From the human T2T-CHM13v2.0 reference genome, Homo sapiens, in assembly GCF_009914755.1 (NCBI RefSeq), contig NC_060930.1: a stretch of DNA of 64,000 nt. One strand, written 5' to 3'. The notes below the pieces were generated by a model, which searched no databases, had not been told where the DNA came from, and saw only the letters and a program-made list of their open reading frames with translations. This document shows, piece after piece, positions 50,684 to 64,000 of the stretch. Each line of letters starts with the position of its first letter. Position 1 is the stretch's first letter. The position numbers were made by a program, and so were the translations under genes.

Positions 50684-52633
50684 TTAAAAGAAAATGTTCA
50701 TTTGAATAGGGAAGGGGGAATTGAGGGAGTTTTTGGTGAGAGCTGTTTTAATAAGTTTTTGTATTAATCTCCAGGCACAGGTTATGATAGCACATCCTAT
50801 GAGAATAAGTACACCTATGACAATTGCAAGAGAGGTTAGGATTGAGGACATGAGCCCTTTCCATTTACCAAACCACCTTTCCATATAACTTGTGAAGGGG
50901 TCATTTGTCCTAGAATTTTTGGCCAGTTTATTTGATAGTGAGGTGAGACCTTGTAAAGTTTTTGGTAATTGTTCCATTGGAGCTGTGTTGTTGGGGATAA
51001 ATATACAACATTCGATTTTGATCATAACACAGACTCCACCTTTTTTTTGCTAGTATCATGTTTAATGCTATTTTATTTTCCTAAGCCATTTGACTGATGG
51101 GTTTTAATTGTTCAGTGATTCCTTTAATAGCATCCTTGGTATAATTAACAAATTGTTGTTGATTGTAATATATGTAATTTGTCCAATCTACATTTTTATT
51201 TATTGTTGATCACCTGAACAACATGGACTCAAACCCTGTAGCTATTGGATTTTGAGCTTTAAATTCATTTGGACCTCTCATGGGACTCCAATAGCATCTA
51301 TGTAAATGTGAGTGTTAAGTGATCTGGGTGGGGTGCTTCTTCTAACTCAGTGGTGATTTTCTTGCTTACTGTGAGAATAGGAATGCCAGGGTGAAAGAGA
51401 TGGTCAATTGGACTAGAGCGTAAGTGCTGCTCCAATTATTTAGCATAGAACTCCACCATACCACCATACATCTGCTCGGGAGTGAACAAGGGCAGCTAGA
51501 CTGCAAAGTCTTAGTTTCATTTCACTCTTTTAGGTCTCTGAGAGATGACAATTTCTCCCCCCTGTCATGAGAGACATGAGGTAAAATTAACATCCGAGGC
51601 TGTGGGCTTGATGGCTATCAGGGGCTGGCCGGCAGAGCCTTTGACTTCAGGAAATAGTAGTGAGAGTCTTGCACACCTTACTACCCCAGGATATGAGGTT
51701 TTGAAAGAGACTTACCATGCAGCTCATGCCCAATTGGTCAGAGGACCGTCCAAGTGGGAAAGGGACTATTTGAGCTTCTGGCCTGCCTGCTGTACAAGCA
51801 TAACAGTCACTTTTATTTAATTTGTGAATAGAATATTTAATCCATTCCAACCAGGCATTTGTATCTTCATATCATGTTTCCATTGATAAAGTTTGTTCTA
51901 AATCTCTAATTTCTACAATGTTGACTAAGGTTTTGTTATTGGAAATAATAGCCGTTTGATCAAGAGAAGGTTCTGGGGAAGGAGAAAGGAAAGGGGGTGG
52001 AGGATCAATGAAGCTTATTTTAAAAGATCCTATTGGGTCTGTCCCGGATTGAAAATTAGCTCTTAGGCCATAGAAGTGACTTAGAGTGGGGTTAGTGTTG
52101 GTGGAGGTGGGGACAGTGTTGGAGATTTGCAGAGGATTACACTGATGAAGCTGACAATTAGAGGGAGTTACTCTTTTGGTAAAGTGGATTTAGGGTTTTC
52201 AATGAATGCAGCCTCTTCTTGGAGAGGTCCAGCCCTGATATTTGGTGGTCCAGATTACATCTCCCCAACCATAACAGAACCTTCACTCAGCGCTTCATGC
52301 AATTCTGGTACAAGTGTCACTATTATAGGCAGTTTTATTTATTCTAGAGGGGCAGAGATACTTGTCAATAGAGGATAGCTTTCTTTGGTTTTGGAGATCC
52401 CCACAGGGCAGAATGAGACAAGCATCAAAAGTGATAACTTGAAGTAGGCTTGATCTAGTTACATTAATAATCAGGTGACTAGCTGTAAAGTGAGAAAAGG
52501 TGACAGAATAATATAGTAGATATAAGAGGGTTAGGTTTTTCTTAGCTTTAGTTTGGTAGAGCTTTCCCCTGGAATGATGGCCCGTTATTCTGTAGGTGGT
52601 GACGCTTTCTTGACTCAGATATGATGAGTCCAT
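50684..52633 (-). pseudogene. env: HERV-IP10-type env, near complete length but disrupted
   Basis: SU EWIKYSIHKLNKSDCYACTAGRPEAQIVPFPLG (CxxC); TM immunosuppressive-like ENKIALNMILA..GGVCVMIKIECC (CX6CC); hydrophobic anchor SILTSLAIVIGVLILIGCAII. Confidence 0.92.
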
Positions 52634-53522
52634 CCTTTCTCTACTGTTCAGACTGTGCTTTCAGTGGTCAGGAGCACTAGGTAAGGTCCTTCCCAAGCTA
52701 GTTCGAGTTTTTCTTCTTTTTACCCTTTGATAAGGACGTGATCTCCAGGGGTGGCACCTGTGCTAGGAGACTTTTGGACTTAAGAGAAAGTGGAAGATAG
52801 ATCGAGTATATAATTTTTGAGGGACTGATCTTTTGTTTCAAATGTAGGAGCATCAGTGGTAGATGTAAATAAGGCAGCCCATATATCACTTCATAAGGGA
52901 ACAAGATGATATCTTTTCTAGGGGTGGTTTTGATTTTTAACAAGGCAATACGATGACATTTAATCCAGGGCAAATGGGTCTCTAGGACTAATTTTGTTAG
53001 GTGGCTTTTTAGAGCGTCGTTCATTTTTTTCTACTTTTCCTGAGGAAGAGGGATGCCAAGGGATATGGTATTCCCATTTTATGTCAAGCACCCGAGCTAA
53101 CTTTTTAATCACTTGTGCTGTGAAATGAGTTCCATTCTCTGAATTACTGTTTTCTGTTACTCAAAACCTGGGTATGATTTTTTAATTAATGCCTTAGCTC
53201 CAATACTGGCGGTTGCACTTGAGAAGGGGATAGCTTTTACCCAGTGAGTAAAGTGGTCTACTATTACCAATAAGTACTTCAGGTGACCAATTGGGGGCAT
53301 TTTAGTGTAGTCAATTTGAACACTTTGGAATGGCCTTAGGCCTGGATCCCTTCCCCAGAGGGGTGATTTTTTTAAACTTTGCTTATTAGTATTCTTACAT
53401 ATCAAGCAACTGTTTGTAACCTGTTTGGCTAGGGTATAGATTCCTATACACCTATAAGCTCTGGAAACTGCGTCACACATAGCTTGGGGTCCCCAATTGG
53501 TTTCTTGATGTAGTTGAGACAA
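52600..53522 (-). pseudogene. pol: Integrase domain of pol (PR, RT, RNase H absent)
   Basis: LHQETNWG..CLIC zinc-finger remnant; RPFQSVQIDYTKMP..YLLVIVDHFTHWVKAIP. Confidence 0.92.
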
Positions 53523-53529
53523 GACCTCC

Positions 53530-54957
53530 CTATTCTTCTTCAGAGGTCATAAGTGGAATGATTTCTTTCTTTTTCTCTCATTCAGAATATTCACTCTTAA
53601 AATGACCTACTCCTCCACATTTGAAACATTTATTTTGTCCTTCCACTCTTCCTATTTTTGGGTTCCCTGGCGCTGCCTTCTTATGCTCTTTGTATGGCCC
53701 GGCAAGTGGGGGCTTAAATTTTTTATCAGTCCTGGGCCCTTGGATACTTTGTTTAGATGCATGTGGGCCTTTGGGTGATGGAGAGTAGTATCAGTGGTCT
53801 CTATTTTCTGTGACCCCCTCTTGGAAAGTAGAGAGCATAATTTTTGCTTTTTTTTTGTTTTTTCTCATCCCTTCTTATATATACTTTTTGAGCTTCCCTT
53901 AGAAGTTCTATGGATTTATTTTTTTCAATTTTCTCTCTTTTGCAATTTTTTGAGATGTCTGGTCAACTATCAGTAACAAAATGAAGCTTTAACATTCCTT
54001 GCCCTGGACGATCTTCTATATCTAGGCCCACATATTTTCTCATTTTTTTTTAAGTCTATCTTAGAATTCTATGGGTCCTTCATCTTTCCTTTGTTGTATA
54101 TCGAATACTCCAGGCAGGTTTTGGGTCAGGGGAACTGACTTCTGAATCTTGTTAATTATCATTTCCCTAAGGTCTTTCATATTTTTCTGTTGAGCTGCGT
54201 TATTGTCCCACTGGGGGTCTTGGGCTGGGAATTTTTTATCTGTTGCAGGAACATTTTGACCAGGAGGATGTTCACATTTCCAGACTACAATATTGGCCCC
54301 GCGAATCATGCTTCTTTCTTCCTCTGAAAAGAGGATGCCCAGGATGGACATTAACTCGGCCCAAATATACAGTTGTGGCCCCCAAAATGGATTAATTTGA
54401 TCTGCTACCCCATAATGGTTACCTAACAATGGCTTGAGTTGTTTCTTTAAATTTTGGACTCCTGAGCTGGTTAAGGGTGTATTTTACACAGCCAATACCT
54501 CCTCCTCTAAGGGGCACTTCCCTTAAGGGGGAGAGGGTTGGGGCTGATTCCTTAGAGGTGAAGGGGAAAGGGAAGTTTTGGATATCGTTTTTACATTGTT
54601 CTATCTCACACTGGAGCTTTCCTGGGGGAGGCACATGCTCAAGCCTGTGGCTAGGGGAAGCATGGGGCATTGATTCAGGGTTATATGTTAGAGGAACTGA
54701 GTGAGGGGATTCCAGTGTGTCTGCTTGGGGCAGGGGATTTGGCGGAGGCAGGTGGTCTACTGGGTTCTAGATGTTAGTGGGCTGTTTGGGGGTAGAAATC
54801 TCACTCCTTTCAGAGGAGTTGGTTTCTGGCTTGCCCCCTATAGCCTTTAGGGGATAAAGGAGGACAGGTCCTTGCCACCAACACAGGACATCATCTGTTT
54901 CCTCCTGGGAGATGGGACTTTTGTCATTGACATACTCTATTAAAAGTTGAAAAATCC
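53530..54957 (-). pseudogene. gag: HERV-IP10-type gag (N-terminus lies beyond the L1, ~61424-61620)
   Basis: PLREVPLRGGGIG; WAELMSILGILFSEEERSMIR; QQRKDEGPIEF; knuckle CFKCGGVGHFKSEY; amber stop at 53530-53532. Confidence 0.9.
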
Positions 54958-55231
54958 GAGGGCTTCCGTTCCAAGATGGCCAAACAGGAACAGCTCCGGT
55001 CTGCAGCTCCCAGTGTGATCAACACAGAAGACAGGTGGTTTCTGCATTTCCAACTGAGGTACCTGGTTCATCTCATTGGGACTGGTCAGAAAGTGGGTGC
55101 AGCCCATGGAGGGTGAGCTGAAGCAGGGCGGGGCATCGCCATACCTGGAAAGCACAAGGGGTCGGGGGACTTCCCTTTCCTAGCTAAGGGAAGCCTTGAA
55201 GACTATACCAGGAAAATCGGGACACTGCTAC

Positions 55232-55392
55232 CTAAACACCTTGCTTTTCCAAAGGTCTTAGCATATGGCACACCAGGAGATTACATCCTGCGCCTGGCTC
55301 AGAAGGTCCCACGCCCACGGTGCCTTGCTCACTGCTAGTCCAAGATCGAACTGGGAGGCTGCAGGCGTGGCTTGGGGAGGGGCGTCCACCAT
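55232..55392 (-). pseudogene. L1 ORF0 remnant, frameshifted
   Basis: ATG at 55392 (MVDAPP); ORF0-like VGVGPSEPGAGCNLLVCHMLRPLEK is in a different frame. Confidence 0.65.
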
Positions 55393-55992
55393 TGCTGAGG
55401 CTTGAGTAGGTAAACAAAGTGGCCGGGAAGCTCGAACTGGGTGGAGCCCACCACAGCTCAGTGAGGCCCGCCTGCCTCTGTAGACTGCATGTCTGAGGGC
55501 AGGGCATAGCTGAACAAAAGGCAGCAGAAACTTCTGCAGACTTAAACATCCCTGTCAGACAGCTCTGAAGAGAGCAGTGGTTCTCCCAGCATGGTGTTTG
55601 AGCTCCGAGAATGGACAGACTGCCCCCTCAAGTCGGTCCCTGACCCCCCGTGTAGCCTAACTGGGAGACATGTCCCAGTAGGGGCCGACTGACACCTCAT
55701 ACAGCTGAATGTCCCTCTGAGATGAAGTTTCAGAGGAAGGATCAGGCAGCAATATTTGCTGTTCTGCAATATTTGCTGCTCTGCAGCCTGTGCTGGTGAT
55801 ACCCAGGCAAATAGGGTCTGGAGTGGACCTCCAGCAAACTCCAACAGACCTGCAGCTGAGGGACCTGACTGTTAGAAGGAAAACTAACAAACAGAAAGGA
55901 ATAGCATCAACATCGATAAAAAGGACATCCACACCAAAACACCATCTGTAGGTCACCATCATCAAAGACCAAAGGTAGATAAAACAATAAAG

Positions 55993-57018
55993 ATGGGGAG
56001 AAAGCAGAGCAGAAAAGCTGAAAATTCTAAACACCAGAGCACCCATTCTCCTCCAAAGGATTGCAGCTCCTTGCCAGAAATGGAACAAAGCAGGAAGGAG
56101 AATAACTTTGAGGTGTTGAGAGAAGAAGCCTTCAGAAAGTCAGTAACAACAAACTTCTCAGAGCTAAAGGAGGATGTTCAAACCCATCGCAAGGAAGCTA
56201 AAAACCTTGAAAAAAGATTAGACAAATGGCTAACTAGAATAAACAGTGTAGAGAAGACCTTAAATGACCTGATGGAGCTGAAAACCGTGGCACGAGAACT
56301 ACATGATGCATGCACAAGCTTCAGTAGCTGATTCAATCAAGTGGAAGAAAGGGTATCAGTGATTGAAGATCAAATTAATGAAATGAAGTGAGAAGAGAAG
56401 TTTAGAGAAAAAAGAGTAAAAAGAAATGAACAAAGCCTCCAACAAATATGGGACTATGTGAAAAGACCAAATCTACGTTGGATTGGTGTACCTGAAAGTG
56501 ATGGGGAGAATGGAACCAAGCTGGAAAACACTCTTAAGGATATTGTCCAGGAGAACTTACCCAACCTAGCAAGGCATGCCAACATTCAAATTCAGGAAAT
56601 AGAGAGAGCACCACAAACATACTCTTCGAGAAGAGCAGCCCCAAGACACATAATTATCAGATTCAGCAAAGTTGAAATGAAGGAAAAAATGCTAAGGGCA
56701 GCCAGAGAGAAAGGTTGGGTTACCCACAAAGGGCAGCTCATCAGACTAACAGCTGATCACTCAGCAAAAACTCTACAAGCCAGAAAAGAGTGGGAGCCAA
56801 TATTCAACATTCTTAAAGAAAAGAATTTTCAACCCAGAATTTCATATCCAGCCAAACTAAGCTTCATAAGTGAAGGAGAAATAAAATCCTTTACAGACAA
56901 GCAAATGCTGAGAGATTTTGTCACCACCAGGCCTGCCTTATAAGAGCTCCTGAAGGAAGTGCTAAACATCGAAAGGAACAACCAGTACCAGCCACTGCAA
57001 AAACATACCAAATTGTAA
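55993..57018 (+). pseudogene. L1 ORF1p with in-frame stops
   Basis: MGRKQSRK..; KRPNLRWIGVPESDGENGTKLENTL..FQPRISYPAKLSFISEGEIK; stops at 56329 and 56941 among others. Confidence 0.95.
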
Positions 57019-57081
57019 AGACCATCGATGCTAGGAAGAAACTACATCAACTAATGTGCAAAATAACCAGCTAACATCATA

Positions 57082-60910
<3,829 letters not shown>

Positions 60911-61423
60911 GAAGGATTATAAATCATGCTACTATAAAGACACATGCACACGTATGTTTATTGCAGCACTATTCACAATAGCAGAGACTTGGAACCAACC
61001 ATGTCCATCAATGATAGCCTGGATTAAGAAAATGTGCCACATATACACCAAGGAACACTATGCAACCACAAAAAAGGACGAGTTCATGTCCTTTATAGCT
61101 ATATGTATGAAGTTGGAAACCATCATTCTGAGCAAACTATCACAAAAACCAAAAACCAAACACCACATGTTCTCACTTATAGGTGGGAACTGAACAATGA
61201 GAACACTTGGACACAGGGTGGGGAACATCACACATGGGGGCCTGTCATTGGGTGGGTGGTTGGGGGAGGTATAGCATTAGGGGTAAAACCTAATGTAAAT
61301 GATGAGTTAATGGGTGCAGCAAACCAACGCAGCACATGTATACATATGTAACAAACCTGCACGTTGTGCACATGCACCCTAGAACTTAAAGTATAATAAA
61401 AATAAAAAAAAGTTGGCAAATCC

Positions 61424-62171
61424 AATCTTCATTTGACCAAAACATTGGCCAGAAAACTGAGGGTTTGAGGATGGGTCATTTGGTCCAAATGAAACAACAA
61501 TATTTTATCATTTATCATTTGCTGTTTTTTTTTCTTATGTTTAGTCCTTTCATTATCCCTCCTTTATTTTAGCATGAGGTCTAGGGGACTGTCAGGGGGA
61601 ATTTTATTATCCTCTTGACCCTTTTTATCTCCTGGGGTATTTACCTGGGGTATTTTCTATTTTGAAGGCTGCTGAGGCTCAATCCTTCGTATTAGGGATT
61701 TCTTGCCCTCTCTTCTCTAAAGACTGGCTGAGGCTTAATCCCTCATATTAGGAATTTTTTTACTTCCCTTGTCTTAGAGGCTTAACCCACCCAACTGGAG
61801 GTATCTTGATGTCCCAACCAAGGAACACTTTACTGCCCCCAAGGCTTTTGTTGCCTTGGAATGTCCTGACCAAGAAATACTTCATGACCTCCGTGGCTTT
61901 TCTTACCTTGGTCCTCATCAAGAAATACCTCACTGTCCCCATGGCTTTTCTTACCTTGGTCTGTGCACAGAGTTACCTGGTTGCCACATTATATTTGTGG
62001 GCCTTCTCTTCCTGTGTTGCTGAGTGTCTGGGTTTATTCGTCATGCCAGGTGGGTCTTGATCTCTTACCCCTGTGGCCACCACAGCGAGGCAGTGGGATG
62101 TGTCTCCTCATGAGAAATGATCAGAGACCCCACCTCAGAGGAGAATGGGTTGCCAGGCGGATCCCCAAAGT
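61424..62171 (-). mobile_element. HERV-IP10 leader and gag start, with degenerate Pro-like PBS (~62150-62167)
   Basis: gag frame continues across the L1 TSD (EDWICQLLIEYVND); TGGGGATCCGCCTGGCAA follows the LTR. Confidence 0.85.
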
Positions 62172-62666
62172 TGTTGGAAATAAAGCTTGGAGTCGCAAAG
62201 GAAACAAGCACTTAAACGAAGAATTTCTCAGCAAGGCAAATTTACTTCTGCAGAAGGGTGCTTCTCACAGATCTGGTCACTCCGAGAGCACACCAAACAA
62301 AGGAGGGAAGGGGTTTTTATTTCTAATGCAGCTTGTCCCTGCTACTGTGTCCTGCATCCATTGGCTGGAGTTGAACTGCACAATTTAAGCTAAACTCGGC
62401 TGGCTAACTTGAAAAGCACAGGAATGTGGTTAGATTGGCAAGAAGGACAGTTTCATGGGGGAAGGGACATTGTGACAGGTGGGGTAATTTATAGAGTGGG
62501 TAGCAGATGTGGACTCCATAGATATGGACCGATGGAAGGGTTTTTTACTGAAACCAAGACAGGGAGGCACAAAGAGCAAGAACATTTTGCCTTGAAAGTA
62601 GAGAACAAAGAACAAGGAAACTAAACAAGCTAAACCTTGAAGAAGAACTTTTTCTTGTATCTGACA
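62172..62666 (-). mobile_element. 5' LTR (LTR10B-like)
   Basis: TG..CA ends; repeat of 50109-50603; flanks AGAGA/GGAGA as a probable TSD. Confidence 0.93.
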
Positions 62667-62885
62667 GGAGAGAAAAGAATAAAGCAGAATGGATGGATGT
62701 CCATAAACTATGAGATAACTTTAAAGGTTTTATAGACCCATAACTGAAATACTAAAAAAAGAAGAAAGATTAAAAAAGAAGCAATATTTTAAGGAATATT
62801 AGGTAAAATTTTTTCAAAATTAATGACAGATAGCAAACTACAGAGCTAAGATGCTCCAAGGACACAAGCAGGTTAAAGAGAGAAT
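62667..62885 (+). mobile_element. Continuation of host L1M ORF1
   Basis: AACTATGAGATAACTTTAAA..AGAAGCAATATTTTAAGGAATA..TTTTCAAAATTAATGACAGATAGCAAACTACAGA. Confidence 0.7.
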
Positions 62886-64000
62886 TTTGGCAAATCAATT
62901 ATATCTATCCATCTATCTATTAATATGTTTATATATTAATAATTTTGGCAAAATATACTTCATACAGAATGAATAAGTTATTTTTTATGGTGAACTCAGG
63001 TGGTAGGAGACATCTTAGTTCCTAAAGGGACCCACTTAATATAAAATAGTATAGTAATAGGAGTGTTTTTGTGACATTGAGGTCAAATTTGATTTAATTG
63101 TAGGACCTGTTGTTTGGTCAGTTAGTATTAAGAAAAATCTTTACAGTCACAATAGGAAAAAAACAAGTGTGCAATAAAACTTTTTAGTTTACTGCTTTTT
63201 AATTTTGTCTGTAACTTTTATCGTAATTTTATGTTATTTGAAAGCAAACAAACATGATGATATTATGTCAAATGTTATATACTTTTATGCATCTATTAAT
63301 AGTTAAAAATAGACTCTAGTTTATAATTATTTATATTTATGCTGTAAATAATTGTGTATAATTATTCAGATTTATATTATAATATCTCTTAAAACTGTTT
63401 AAATGCTAATAAAAATAAAACCAATTTAGCCTTTGTACTGTGGCACGCACTTTTTAATCTCTCTGTCATTTTAAGAACAGAAGAGAATCAGTTGCTCTCA
63501 GTGTTCACAGAAATCCCGGTAAAGTAAATCTTTACTTCTGACTTCACCCATGGGACATTTTAAAATTTCCCAGTTATTTTCATGTTTGCTAGTTACTCTG
63601 AAAGAAAATGAAGACTAATACATCTGAAACCCTTGTTGGGAGGATTATTTCTCTTCCTGTGATTTCTGGCAATCCCTGTAGACAGAACACACAGAATTAT
63701 TTCATGCTTCACGTAAAGGCCATTATCCACACCTAAATTGATATATTTTTTAAACTTCTTCATTCTGAGAAACACATTTGGGGAAACTGACATATCGAAT
63801 ATTGTCAATAATTCCTTCTACTTTAATAGCTGTGATAACATGAGAGAAAGATGAAGCTTCTTTCCTTGAGGAAATAATATTTGAGTAAACATCTATTATT
63901 TTATTTTTCTGTATTTTTCATTGTCCTGTTTTCTTTTTGGCTAAAACAAGTGCCAGCAGTAATTTTCACTAGTAGAACTAGGGACACCAAGAGGAATAAA

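Noticed and set aside
61811-61961. CRISPR-like repeat array
   Set aside because: Degenerate tandem units without unique spacers, inside an ERV leader in primate DNA

Overview
AT-rich primate genomic DNA, most likely human or another ape (it carries an SVA and an AluY). I found no recognisable host protein-coding exon, tRNA, rRNA or CRISPR array. Most of the window is decayed transposable elements, and the ORFs I can identify are broken L1 or ERV reading frames or their antisense shadows. Main components: old L1MC/L1MA fragments (4-8 kb); a near full-length L1PB on the minus strand (8.75-15.9 kb); and a repeat-poor island (16-24.5 kb). At 24.5-36.2 kb is a rearranged stack: L1 5'UTR, LTR8/HUERS-P1 leader, an inverted HUERS-P3/MER52-like provirus with an AluY, and a further ERV1 LTR. 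At 38.6-46.3 kb is a triple nest L1MA(-) > Tigger1 > L1MA1/2. At 47.9-62.9 kb is a four-layer nest: old L1M > LTR10/HERV-IP10 provirus > full-length L1PA5/6 > 5'-truncated SVA. The signals that repeat annotation does not explain are several short locally templated insertions (repair-scar-like copies from 0.3-1.9 kb away), a solo LTR integrated into a 22-bp-arm palindrome, a provirus with pro-RT-RNaseH removed just after the gag stop, and an L1 antisense promoter pointing into the sense strand of proviral env. I see no convincing evidence for a novel gene system. Subfamily names are from recalled consensus motifs and need RepeatMasker/Dfam confirmation.
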